Below, in pieces: positions 1-8,604 of a stretch of DNA of 43,023 nucleotides. Origin of the DNA: a virus. The notes under the pieces were generated by a model. The model was not told where the DNA came from. It saw nothing but the letters and a program-made list of their open reading frames with translations, and did no database searches. Location: the UHGV virus genome UHGV-0853564; one strand, given 5' to 3'. Within the stretch, counting starts at the first letter, position 1. Every line of letters starts with the position of its first letter. The translations under genes were made by a program, and so were the position numbers.

Positions 1-1824
1 AAACGCTTTATACGCGGTGGACGCCTCGCCGAATGCTGTTTTAGCATTAGCTGCCATATCACCAAAAGAGCTACCTAAAGCCTCGGCTCGCTTCGTGGCA
101 TACTGCTCATTGATAGCGTTAAGCGCCGCCTGATACTGTTCCTCGTTAATCAGCCCCTGTTCACGGTATTTATCGGCTACCGCCAGTTTCTGCTGTTCCT
201 GGATGTCGAGAAGCTCAAGTTCGGCGGCATTCTGACCCATAATCTGAGCCATGAAGTCGTCGCCTTTCTGCTGCTTTTCCCGCCGGTCTTTTCTTTTCTT
301 ATCCAGTTCTTCCTGTCTGGCCTGCTCAGCTGTGAGCATAATTTGAGTTTTGGCGTTTTCATACTGCTGCTGGCTTATCGTTCCGGCGCGGTTGAACTCC
401 TCCAGTTTCGCCAGTTTCTGTTCTTCTGCCGCCGTGATACGAGAAATTTCGTCTCCGGTTGTACGGTCAACCGTAGCGAGGAAATCTTCCGCCGCTTTTT
501 TCTGACGTTGTGCTGCCGTTTCTTCACGTTTGGCCTGCGCCGCCAGACGTTTCTCGTTTGATTTAGCCTCGCGGTCTGCCTTCGCTTTTTCGGTAGCGTC
601 GATGCGGGCGATGTCTTGCTGCGCTTCCGTGTCACGGGCGGCGTTATATGCGGCTATTTGTTCTTTGGTTACAGCTTCACGTTTAGCGAACGCTTGTTTA
701 TCCATCTCGGCTTGTGCCCGGATACGCTCACGGTCGCTTAAGATGGCGATTTGCTGATTCTTGACGATAGCTTCGTTCTGTTCCTGGAATCTCTGTGTGG
801 TTGAGTTGACGTTACGACCGAGATTCTTTTGAGCCTCCGCCGCGGCGTTTGCCGACTTCTCCGCGTTCTCCAGTGCCGTTGCGTTCTTGTTGGCATTGTC
901 AGTAAGGCGGATAAGTTCCGGGTTCAACTGTTTCGTGTTGCCTAGCCAGTCGGTGAACACATCGGCGATGCGGCGGGCGTTCTCCGCGGTCGGCTCTTTG
1001 TTAAACGCACTCTGCGCCGCTATCATCTCCAGCGCCTGGTCGCGGTTAACCCCGAACTTACTGCTAAGCTCCGCAATATTCTGCGCCAGCATGTTGACGC
1101 CTACGATATTACCCTCGTAAGTGCCGCCGAGTTTTTCTAACGTGTCGCCTACATCAGCGCCCTTAGATACCAATGCATCGTACTGGCTAATCGCCGATGC
1201 CGTGGATGCTTTCCACGTTTCCCACGATTCTGCGTCCTCACGCACGGCTTTAGCTGTTTGCTGTGCGATAAGGTCCGCGTTAGCCTTAGCCAAAGCAAGT
1301 TGAGTCTCCGCCGCTTCTCGGCTTATTTGGGTAAGCTGGATGAGGCCATCTGTCAGTTCGAGAGAGCCAGATGCCGTTTGCTGGAAGGTATCTTTTAACT
1401 GTTTCTGTGCGGCTTCGAGGTCTTTTGAACTGCCTTCTGCTTCGGTTAGCGATTTGTACAGGACACCGCCAATTGCTGATGCAAGAGCAATTACAGCCCC
1501 AAGCACCGCGCCACCGGGGCCGAAAGCACCCGCAAGCTGCGAACCTTGCTGACCGATTGCTACGAATGCAGACGTACCGGATTGCAACTGGACTACCATG
1601 TCCTGCACCTGGAAACCAACCTGACCGGCTGCATTGCGGAACTTGGCAAAACCGTCGGACGCTGCTTTAGAGGTGGCGGTGTTAACTTTATTAACATCCG
1701 GAGTTAGTTTGTTTACAGATGTGTCCGCCCGGTCTGCAGATGCCGCCATAGCGTCAAGCTGTTTGGCAGCGACGTCAGCCCCTTCAGTTTTTACTCTGGC
1801 GATTAGGGAAGCCGTATCAGCCAT
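1..1824 (-). CDS. tail tape measure protein, N-terminal 608 codons (continues in frame into 43023..42538)
   Basis: ATG at 1824..1822 with GAGGG-type RBS upstream; frame open to position 1; Ala/Gly-rich hydrophobic segment plus long Q/A/E/K-rich helical region; directly follows chaperone pair. Missing from ORF track because it is cut by the window edge. Confidence 0.8.
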   Translation of the reverse strand, partial: MADTASLIARVKTEGADVAAKQLDAMAASADRADTSVNKLTPDVNKVNTATSKAASDGFAKFRNAAGQVGFQVQDMVVQLQSGTSAFVAIGQQGSQLAGAFGPGGAVLGAVIALASAIGGVLYKSLTEAEGSSKDLEAAQKQLKDTFQQTASGSLELTDGLIQLTQISREAAETQLALAKANADLIAQQTAKAVREDAESWETWKASTASAISQYDALVSKGADVGDTLEKLGGTYEGNIVGVNMLAQNIAELSSKFGVNRDQALEMIAAQSAFNKEPTAENARRIADVFTDWLGNTKQLNPELIRLTDNANKNATALENAEKSANAAAEAQKNLGRNVNSTTQRFQEQNEAIVKNQQIAILSDRERIRAQAEMDKQAFAKREAVTKEQIAAYNAARDTEAQQDIARIDATEKAKADREAKSNEKRLAAQAKREETAAQRQKKAAEDFLATVDRTTGDEISRITAAEEQKLAKLEEFNRAGTISQQQYENAKTQIMLTAEQARQEELDKKRKDRREKQQKGDDFMAQIMGQNAAELELLDIQEQQKLAVADKYREQGLINEEQYQAALNAINEQYATKRAEALGSSFGDMAANAKTAFGEASTAYKAF

Positions 1825-2203
1825 CTTCTCTGCCCTCAAATATTCCGTCTAAGCCCATGATAACCTCGGCTTCGAACAAACTTATGCCGTAACCGGCGAC
1901 ATCGCGAAACGCTGCCAAATCTTGCCATTTGAGCGCATCGCGCGGGATTATAACGATAGTATCATCTGTTTCGCGCTGTAGGAATTTAATGGCACGGTAT
2001 TTCTCGAACACGTCGATAAGAGAAACGGGGCATTCTGGCCCCGTCGCTTCTTTCATCTGCGGTTCTTTAATCACGCCCATTGCAATCAAAGCCGCCTGGT
2101 GGCCCGCCGCAATGTCATCGAATTGCTTACGTTTGTGGCGGTCGACAAAGCACCATTGCGCAAATTCATACAGCGCTTTTACTTTTCCGAGAGTCTCTCC
2201 CGG
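1817..2203 (-). CDS. tail assembly chaperone -1 frame extension (gpT-like part of a G-T fusion)
   Basis: -1 frame relative to the 2179..2595 ORF is open from a TAG at ~2206..2204 down to the stop at 1817 and overlaps the tape measure start; classic G/G-T arrangement. Confidence 0.5.
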   Translation of the reverse strand, partial: PGETLGKVKALYEFAQWCFVDRHKRKQFDDIAAGHQAALIAMGVIKEPQMKEATGPECPVSLIDVFEKYRAIKFLQRETDDTIVIIPRDALKWQDLAAFRDVAGYGISLFEAEVIMGLDGIFEGREDG

Positions 2204-2595
2204 CTATCGGTGTGGTGCTTAACTACGGCTTCTGCCAACCCACTGTACTGGTCAAACAGGTTGGCCAGCGCCTCTTTGCTGAATGGTTCGTCGAATGACC
2301 AACCGGTGACGATTTCCACGGCGAGCTGCTTGTTCAGGTCCATAACCCTCCAGCCCTTCTCATCGTTATAGCGCGCCCAGTTATTAAGCGCCTCGCACTC
2401 TTTATCTAACGGAGCAAGTTCTTCCGTAAGGCGTCGAATTGCCGTTGTGTAGGCACGGCCTGCACGAACGCCAGCGTCACAATCGGGGCCGATGACCTGC
2501 AACCATTCGCCGGAGTCTTTACCACTCGGCAGAAGGATAGGCATTTTAGTGCCAGCAGCGTGGCGGTCGGCAAAATAAAAATCAGAAAGTTTCAT
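2179..2595 (-). CDS. tail assembly chaperone (gpG-like)
   Basis: 138-aa ORF immediately upstream of tape measure gene, ending in Lys codon AAG inside a GGAAAAG stretch. Confidence 0.65.
   Translation of the reverse strand: MKLSDFYFADRHAAGTKMPILLPSGKDSGEWLQVIGPDCDAGVRAGRAYTTAIRRLTEELAPLDKECEALNNWARYNDEKGWRVMDLNKQLAVEIVTGWSFDEPFSKEALANLFDQYSGLAEAVVKHHTDSRERLSEK
2182..2188 (-). other. candidate -1 ribosomal slippery site G GAA AAG at end of chaperone gene
   Basis: Minus-strand ...CTC TCG GAA AAG TAA; shifting -1 here gives GGA AAA GTA AAA GCG... which continues open to 1817. Confidence 0.4.
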
Positions 2596-2702
2596 TCTTT
2601 AATCCTTTGGTTAAGAGGTTACAGGTTAAGGTTGACGCGCCAGACGGGAACCACCCGCTTTTCGTGTGCGACACTAGGCGCAAACTTATTCTAGCACACT
2701 AC

Positions 2703-2734
2703 TTGCACACCCCAATATAATAGGGTACTATTCA
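2703..2734 (+). promoter_or_regulatory. promoter-like element TTGCAC-N17-TACTAT with internal TATAAT and AATAG-N4-CTATT dyad
   Basis: ttgcacaccccaatataatagggtactattca, ~25 nt upstream of ATG 2760; near-identical copies at 11659..11690 and (reverse) 22995..23026. Confidence 0.5.
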
Positions 2735-2759
2735 CCTGTAACCTACTGAGGAAACAATT

Positions 2760-3086
2760 ATGCGTAAATTAGTATTAGCTCTGGGGTTTATGTCTTTTGC
2801 TACTTTTGGGGGCCCGTGCGAACAGGTATTTAGTGAATCTGTTCTTATGGCTTCTGGTGTGCTCGATAAAGCCGACCCTACTATTGTAAAGGCATTTAAG
2901 GACTCTACAGTCCGTGAATGTGAGGCTGCCGTAGATGTCGGTAAATCAGGCCTACCTCCGCAGGCCGTAACATATACGGTAATACGTTCGGTAGAGAAAA
3001 ACGGGGACGCGTTTTACAGCCTACTGACAGCCACCCGTCTGCAAATGGTGATGACTGGCTGGGCGATAGGCGCGGAAAGTAAATAG
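2760..3086 (+). CDS. small secreted protein (N-terminal signal peptide), moron gene
   Basis: GAGGA RBS; N-terminus MRKLVLALGFMSFATFGG is signal-peptide-like; opposite strand to flanking tail genes; AT-richer than surroundings. Confidence 0.6.
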   Translation: MRKLVLALGFMSFATFGGPCEQVFSESVLMASGVLDKADPTIVKAFKDSTVRECEAAVDVGKSGLPPQAVTYTVIRSVEKNGDAFYSLLTATRLQMVMTGWAIGAESK

Positions 3087-3151
3087 TCGCCTTTATTTAA
3101 AGGAATCCACTGTGGTTAAATAGGACAAATCCTACACACGAGGACGTAAGC

Positions 3152-4282
3152 ATGGCCCGGAAGAAAATAACCGACGAACAGTTGCAGGAAGAATTGAACG
3201 CCGGTATGAAGAATATCGACATCGCCCGTAAATACGGCGTCTCAGACCGAGTTATTCGTATCCGTAAAGCGAAGCTGGCGAAGAAAGGCGTAGGTCACGG
3301 TCGTGACGTTAGCCATCTTGTGCCGGACGGCTACAAGATTAAAGGAACGTCGTCACTGGTGGACGAGTTCGGCAACACTAAGTTGCAATGGGTTAAGACC
3401 GACACCGACGCCGAACGTCAGGTCGAGTTGATGAAAGCCGTAATCGAGGGCATGAAGTCAGATATTACGCCAGTTGCGCCTGTTAAAGCCTCCCGCACCA
3501 AACGTGATGACAAGCTACTCAATCTTTACACGGTATCTGATTTCCATCTCGGTATGCTGGCCTGGGCCGACGAGAGCGGCGACGACTGGGACATGAAGAT
3601 TGCAGAGGACCTGTTCTCTCGATGGTTCGACGCAGCGTTTCAGAAAGCGCCGGACGCGGGAACGGGTGTTATTAACCTGCTAGGTGACCTTGCGCACTTC
3701 GACAGTCTGGATGCAGTTACGCCAGCGAGTGGTCACGTTCTTGACGCCGATACCCGCTACCAGAAACTTGTACGCTACATGATTCGCATGGTGCGACGTG
3801 TTGTTGATATGGCGCTGGTTAAGCATAAAAATGTTCGCTTGCTTATCGTGCAAGGGAACCACGACGAAAGCGGAATGATTTGGTTAGCTGAAATGTTCAG
3901 TACGCTATACGACAACGAGCCGCGTGTATTCGTCGATACGTCGCCGGATGTTTACAAGATGGTGCAACACGGCAAAACGACATTGTTCTTTACCCACGGA
4001 CATAAAGCGCGCTTCGACGCTATCGAACCGGTTATGATCGCCAAGTTCCGCAAAGCGTTTGGTGAGAGCGTTTACAGCTACGCCCACGTAGGCCACCTAC
4101 ACCATCAGAAGATTGTAGAAAGCCGTAATATGATTGTTGAGCAACACCGCACCTTAGCGGCGAAAGACGCCTACGCCTCTCGCGGTGGATGGATGTCGGG
4201 CCGGAGTGCAAATGTAATTACTTATAGCGCCGAATATGGCGAGGTTGCGCGTTTAACTATTTCACCGGAGATGCTGGGATGA
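3152..4282 (+). CDS. HTH domain fused to calcineurin-like metallophosphoesterase (SbcD/Mre11-like motif set)
   Basis: 376 aa; N-terminal HTH-like segment (NIDIARKYGVSDRVIRIRKAK); motifs SDFHLG, LLGDLAHFD, VQGNHDE, THGH, VGHLHH match metallophosphoesterase motifs I-VI; GAGGA RBS. Confidence 0.8.
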   Translation: MARKKITDEQLQEELNAGMKNIDIARKYGVSDRVIRIRKAKLAKKGVGHGRDVSHLVPDGYKIKGTSSLVDEFGNTKLQWVKTDTDAERQVELMKAVIEGMKSDITPVAPVKASRTKRDDKLLNLYTVSDFHLGMLAWADESGDDWDMKIAEDLFSRWFDAAFQKAPDAGTGVINLLGDLAHFDSLDAVTPASGHVLDADTRYQKLVRYMIRMVRRVVDMALVKHKNVRLLIVQGNHDESGMIWLAEMFSTLYDNEPRVFVDTSPDVYKMVQHGKTTLFFTHGHKARFDAIEPVMIAKFRKAFGESVYSYAHVGHLHHQKIVESRNMIVEQHRTLAAKDAYASRGGWMSGRSANVITYSAEYGEVARLTISPEMLG

Positions 4283-4509
4283 CTTCAAAATACAACCGCA
4301 CAATGACAAATACTCACGGCAGCACTATGACGGTAGACGTTTACGATGTGCTACGCGCCTTCGACATCCGCGACCCGGCATTACAGCACGCATTGAAGAA
4401 GCTGCTGTGTATGGGTCTTCGTGGGCACAAGGACACCGGAACCGACTTAGCGGAAGCAATTGAAAGTCTGGAGAAGTTACGGGAGTATCGAAGCAACATC
4501 GATGAATAA
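4279..4509 (+). CDS. hypothetical 76-aa protein, translationally coupled to the phosphoesterase gene
   Basis: ATGA stop-start overlap with upstream gene; followed by terminator hairpin. Confidence 0.5.
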   Translation: MTSKYNRTMTNTHGSTMTVDVYDVLRAFDIRDPALQHALKKLLCMGLRGHKDTGTDLAEAIESLEKLREYRSNIDE

Positions 4510-4515
4510 GAAAAA

Positions 4516-4531
4516 GGCCCCAAACGGGGCC
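4516..4531. terminator. bidirectional rho-independent terminator (GGCCCC-AAAC-GGGGCC)
   Basis: Perfect 6-bp GC stem with T-runs on both strands; sits between convergent genes 4279..4509 (+) and 4538..5710 (-); near-identical hairpin at 36816..36831. Confidence 0.65.
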
Positions 4532-4537
4532 TTAGTT

Positions 4538-5710
4538 TTATGCGTAGGTGATACGCTGGATAACGATAGACGACTGGTACTGGTTGCCTGTGGACTGCCC
4601 TTCTATACTTTGGGTAATTGATTCAGGGCCAGATATTTCTGGCGTAACCGCCGTAAGCTCTGCGCGTTTCAAACTGAAAGACATAGCCCCGTTTACCCCC
4701 GCCAGAATAGAGTTAATCTCTACCTGCTGTTCGTTGATAAACTTCTGAATCATAGCCATGTCATACAGCTTACCGGAGATGGAGAAGGTGTTAGCTGCGC
4801 GGCTACGTTCCACAAACGCAACGTTAGAGTTGCCGAGTTCGAACTGTGCGGACGCGCTGTTGTCGTTGGTGATGGTAAGGCTATCGCAACGCAACGGGGT
4901 AGAACCGTCGAACACAGAAACGTCGACCGAGGAGAACGGCTCATCAGTAAACGTAACAGAGGAGAAGTCAGAACCAGACGGCGGCGTCGCGAGAATCTCC
5001 TGGCTGCGCCCGATGAACGGGAAGCTGCCCGTTACCATCGCGTTAACGGCCTGCTCCACGGTAAAACCGGAAACTTCCACACCTTTGGTCAGTGTGTACG
5101 CGTCGGCCCCACCGCACTGGCCTTTGTACCAGGTGAGGATAGAGAACGTCTTACACGCGTTACCAGTTTCCAGTTTATCGCCGGTTTTAGCGTCGGTTGT
5201 TACGGTCTCGGTGGTCAGAGTATGTTGGATCCCAGCACCGGTGACAGCAGTCGCACTTACCTCGGTTACGATAAACGGTTTAGCGTTATCGCCCGTTAAG
5301 TCGGTAAACGCAATCAGGTCGCCTACTTCAACGCCATCCGTAATGAAGCTACCGTCGGCACGAGTGAACGTCTTGCCCGCCGGTGCGACGGTAATCGACA
5401 GCCCCGACAGAGAAACACCGGATTGCCACGTAGAGCCTAAAGCCCCCGCTAACCAGTCGTCCTGGCTTTTCGAACTAAGCTCGATAGCATATTCTCCGCT
5501 AACCTGCTTGTTACCGGTACGGATGGACGTAGTTTCACGGCTGCCGTCCAGTTCGTTGGAGGTCAGCGTGTCGCGGGTAATAGCGGGAACGCCACCTGTG
5601 TTGCGCAACGGCGACCATACCGGGTTAGTTGGTGTTACGCCCGGGGTGACTTCCGCCACATAGAATTGCGCGGTAGTCGCGCCCTTAAAAGGAGTTGTAG
5701 CCATATTCAC
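4538..5710 (-). CDS. putative major tail protein
   Basis: 390-aa ORF at the position of the tail tube gene (after neck genes, before chaperones), followed by strong terminator; assignment by synteny only. Confidence 0.5.
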   Translation of the reverse strand: MNMATTPFKGATTAQFYVAEVTPGVTPTNPVWSPLRNTGGVPAITRDTLTSNELDGSRETTSIRTGNKQVSGEYAIELSSKSQDDWLAGALGSTWQSGVSLSGLSITVAPAGKTFTRADGSFITDGVEVGDLIAFTDLTGDNAKPFIVTEVSATAVTGAGIQHTLTTETVTTDAKTGDKLETGNACKTFSILTWYKGQCGGADAYTLTKGVEVSGFTVEQAVNAMVTGSFPFIGRSQEILATPPSGSDFSSVTFTDEPFSSVDVSVFDGSTPLRCDSLTITNDNSASAQFELGNSNVAFVERSRAANTFSISGKLYDMAMIQKFINEQQVEINSILAGVNGAMSFSLKRAELTAVTPEISGPESITQSIEGQSTGNQYQSSIVIQRITYA

Positions 5711-6123
5711 AGCCTCTTGGTGAATGCAATAAAGTTAATTGACAATGGTCTTTTGGCCCATCCGTTTTCTACAATCAGCGGCCCCAGGCTAACCGATTGA
5801 ACCTCGGCGCAGATGTCGTTACGCGAAAATGACTTACCTGCTTTAAACGCCGTGTTGAGTAAGTCTGCCATTTTATTGATTGGCGCGCTACCCTTCACCG
5901 ATGCGTAGTTAATGTCGACCTGATAAATACCAGAACGTTGTTCCGTGAAAAACAAATCTGCCTGTTCCGTATCTGCCAGCAACATGTAACTTGCCAGATA
6001 GGGTGTATCGGTTGACGTCGGCGCGTCGATGTTTTCAAGCGCGACCTTGATGCCGTTGGTGGTTCCGAAGGCTACCAGCGGTACATCGAACGCTTTTGTT
6101 AAGTCCTCAAAGTAGCCCATCAT
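5707..6123 (-). CDS. putative tail terminator / tail completion protein
   Basis: 138-aa ORF overlapping neighbours in the connector region; synteny only. Confidence 0.4.
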   Translation of the reverse strand: MMGYFEDLTKAFDVPLVAFGTTNGIKVALENIDAPTSTDTPYLASYMLLADTEQADLFFTEQRSGIYQVDINYASVKGSAPINKMADLLNTAFKAGKSFSRNDICAEVQSVSLGPLIVENGWAKRPLSINFIAFTKRL

Positions 6124-6515
6124 TTCACCTTGTTGGCTTCTTCGTTAATGAGTTGCTGGAAGCGGGACACATTTACCCGGACAAAGCCTTGTGGGGCCTG
6201 TTTCGACCAACCGTACTCAAGACGCTGTATGTACGGCAGGTTGTTAGTCAGCGTAAATTCGTGCCAGTCGGTAGTCGTGTTGATAACCGCGGTAACTCGC
6301 TGGATAGTAGCCGTTCCTTGCGGTGCGCCGTAGGTAGTTGTTTCTTGCGACGGAGTGCTCCCAGACGCGAACCAGTTATTTCTCGCACGACCGGTATCAA
6401 CCGGCGTCGCCTTTATGATAGCGGAAAACAGCTTTATAGACACCTGACGCATCACCTTCTCAGGATTCTTCTTCGCCTTCTCAACGAACTTAGAGACATC
6501 AAGCGCGAAACTCAT
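6120..6515 (-). CDS. head-tail joining protein (HK97 gp10-like motif)
   Basis: Motif ATPVDTGRARNNW and LPYIQRLEYGWS resemble the HK97 gp10 family signature. Confidence 0.5.
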   Translation of the reverse strand: MSFALDVSKFVEKAKKNPEKVMRQVSIKLFSAIIKATPVDTGRARNNWFASGSTPSQETTTYGAPQGTATIQRVTAVINTTTDWHEFTLTNNLPYIQRLEYGWSKQAPQGFVRVNVSRFQQLINEEANKVK

Positions 6516-6871
6516 TTTCTCACCTGAATGAAGTAAGCCACAACGTCATCGTTAACCATCTTCTTCTCGATGGCTTCTACCGACCACTGCTCGCCGCCGA
6601 ATTGCACCTTGTCTTCCATCTTAGGAACGACACTGCAATCGGCTTTAACAATCATGTCGCCAGCCTGAATCGTCGTACCGTTTACCAGTCCCGCGTTTAC
6701 CGGGACCGGAACGGCCTTCAACGGCAACACTTCATCCGTAGTCCAGACGTACTCACCGAGAACTTCATCCCACACTTTCGAGCCAGCACGAACCAGAGAT
6801 ACCGTGCTACCGAATTTGGTTAGCAGGCGCGTACCTACGCCTTGCATACGTTTACTGAATGCTGTGCTCAT
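6512..6871 (-). CDS. putative head-tail connector protein
   Basis: Track ORF 6512..6925; internal ATG at 6871..6869 gives an ATGA overlap with the upstream gene stop, so shorter start preferred. Confidence 0.4.
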   Translation of the reverse strand: MSTAFSKRMQGVGTRLLTKFGSTVSLVRAGSKVWDEVLGEYVWTTDEVLPLKAVPVPVNAGLVNGTTIQAGDMIVKADCSVVPKMEDKVQFGGEQWSVEAIEKKMVNDDVVAYFIQVRK

Positions 6872-7491
6872 CAGGCGGCCTCCAGTCTCGAGATAACCAG
6901 TAGCGCGGATGGTGCTGTACCCCATGCGGTTACAGTAGCCGCTTGTGGGTATACTCCGCCGAAGTCACTCCCGGCGCTATCCCGCATAATCTGAACGGCA
7001 AACGTCTGGCCCGCGGTCGGGTTAATAATAACGCGAGACTCAATCGGGACTGTGATGTCAGCACTTACCAGTTTAGTAGCTGCTGGTGAGCCGTACTGAG
7101 CGCCGTTCAGGAGAATGCGCGATAGCAGGATAGATGTACCGCTAGCGCCGGTGCGCCCGGCCTGTAACTTGATGCGAACGGCGTAGTTACCTGCGGTGTT
7201 GAACGTAACAAGACCCGCGGCATTAATCATTACGGGGGCAGATGCGCTTCCCTGAGCAGAGCCGAACGATACCTGCAATGCCGTATCTACTGCGGTAGGC
7301 GCTTGTGCTACTGTCGACGCAGCGCGGAGAACTTCAACCTCTTTAACGCCAGGAGTGGCGTAAATAGGTGAGTCCGCCATCTGAGTCATTACCTCGCGTA
7401 GCTTCGCGGGTGTAATAGCTCCGGTGGTGTTGTCCGGGAGATTTGCACCGATAAGGGTAAACATCTCTGTTTTAGTCTTCGCCATTTTCAA
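6871..7491 (-). CDS. hypothetical structural protein
   Basis: 206-aa ORF within head-tail gene block; Ala/Thr/Gly-rich. Confidence 0.45.
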   Translation of the reverse strand: MKMAKTKTEMFTLIGANLPDNTTGAITPAKLREVMTQMADSPIYATPGVKEVEVLRAASTVAQAPTAVDTALQVSFGSAQGSASAPVMINAAGLVTFNTAGNYAVRIKLQAGRTGASGTSILLSRILLNGAQYGSPAATKLVSADITVPIESRVIINPTAGQTFAVQIMRDSAGSDFGGVYPQAATVTAWGTAPSALLVISRLEAA

Positions 7492-8000
7492 CCCCGGTAC
7501 ACGTTAAACGAGAAGCCATTGTTAAGGCCGCCACACAGTAACGGGCGTAAGGCATCGTCCGCGGCGGTAATCGCGGTCGTGGCGCCACTGCTGCCGTTGT
7601 TGAAGTACGTCACGGTTACTGCGCCCTCTACGCGCTCGGTCTGTACAGCGCGCCCATCTGAGTTAGCTCGTACCTCAGTACCTGCGCCATACGTAACGGC
7701 GGCGATTACCTGCGCAAGAATCACCTGCTTCGGGATGACGTTGTTAGCTACAGGGAACCCGTTTAACGTAACGCCAGTGCGAGGATACGCAAGAGACTGT
7801 TCGGCGGTTACACGACGACCGCACATCTGCGGTTCTGCAAGCCCTACATAAGTAGCACCGTTGCGTAAGGCCACCTCTGCTGCGGTATCGTCTTCTGGCA
7901 GCTCAAGGCCATAATTAGCCGCTAACGCGCGGGCGTCAGCCAGGCTAACGTAACTGTCAGCATTAGGGACGATTTCTCCCGTTTCCACGATTAGCGGCAT
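7488..8000 (-). CDS. putative head-tail connector / head completion protein
   Basis: 170-aa ORF, overlapping start-stop with neighbours. Confidence 0.4.
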   Translation of the reverse strand: MPLIVETGEIVPNADSYVSLADARALAANYGLELPEDDTAAEVALRNGATYVGLAEPQMCGRRVTAEQSLAYPRTGVTLNGFPVANNVIPKQVILAQVIAAVTYGAGTEVRANSDGRAVQTERVEGAVTVTYFNNGSSGATTAITAADDALRPLLCGGLNNGFSFNVYRG

Positions 8001-8003
8001 AAA

Positions 8004-8183
8004 TTATTCCTCTGACTTACGGCGACGACGCTTAGTACCGCCACCGTTGTTGTGCGCTTCTTCGCTGTCCGGTTGAGTCGCAACCAGTTCATCCGCTCCT
8101 ACAACACCGCGAACCGGCATCACCTGACCGCCAACAACGTCGACGTGTGTGTACTTTTCGCGGATTACGTAATTATCTGCCAT
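8004..8183 (-). CDS. small hypothetical protein with basic C-terminus (59 aa)
   Basis: ATG at 8183..8181; ends ...GGGTKRRRRKSEE; below ORF-track length cutoff. Confidence 0.3.
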   Translation of the reverse strand: MADNYVIREKYTHVDVVGGQVMPVRGVVGADELVATQPDSEEAHNNGGGTKRRRRKSEE

Positions 8184-8562
8184 GATTGGCCTCGCTGTTT
8201 TGCTCCAGCAACTTCTGCTTCAGCAAGTAGCCTTCGAGCATCCAGATTTTGTTTACGGCATTCTGCCGGGCAATCTTCCGACCAATTTCAGCATCGAAAT
8301 TTTCAGGGCTGGCACATGCGCTTTCACCTGTGACTGTGAATCCATTTTTCAATACCAAGACACAAAAGGTAAGAAATTCAATTTCTCTGTGTGGACCAAC
8401 GAGCCTGGTTAGCTCATCCTGCTTGTGCATCGACTGCTGTACGCCGTCTGCCGCCGTAAAATAATACTCACCCGCAATGAGTGACTGAATGTGCTGTGGA
8501 GTGATGCGTGGCGCTGTTAATCCTTTCTCAACGATTTCTTTTTTGATTTGCTGGTCGTTCAT
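8173..8562 (-). CDS. hypothetical structural protein
   Basis: 129-aa ORF downstream of capsid/Ig-like genes, preceded by hairpin. Confidence 0.45.
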   Translation of the reverse strand: MNDQQIKKEIVEKGLTAPRITPQHIQSLIAGEYYFTAADGVQQSMHKQDELTRLVGPHREIEFLTFCVLVLKNGFTVTGESACASPENFDAEIGRKIARQNAVNKIWMLEGYLLKQKLLEQNSEANHGR

Positions 8563-8584
8563 AATTATGACCTTTCCTTATTAA

Positions 8585-8598
8585 GGCCCCGAAGGGCC
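8585..8598 (-). terminator. stem-loop with UUCG tetraloop on the minus-strand transcript
   Basis: ggccc-cgaa-gggcc on plus; between 8605..8946 and 8173..8562; weak T-tract so possibly attenuator/processing site. Confidence 0.35.
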
Positions 8599-8604
8599 GT
8601 TTCA

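Noticed and set aside
2703-2734. Assigning a single direction to the conserved promoter-like element
   Set aside because: The element can be read as a sigma70-like promoter on either strand (TTGCAC-N17-TACTAT rightward, GTTACA-N17-TATATT leftward); direction left open pending TSS mapping.
4758-5663. 301-aa plus-strand ORF
   Set aside because: Entirely antisense to the putative major tail protein gene; Ser/Thr/Pro/Val-rich low-complexity translation, no RBS.
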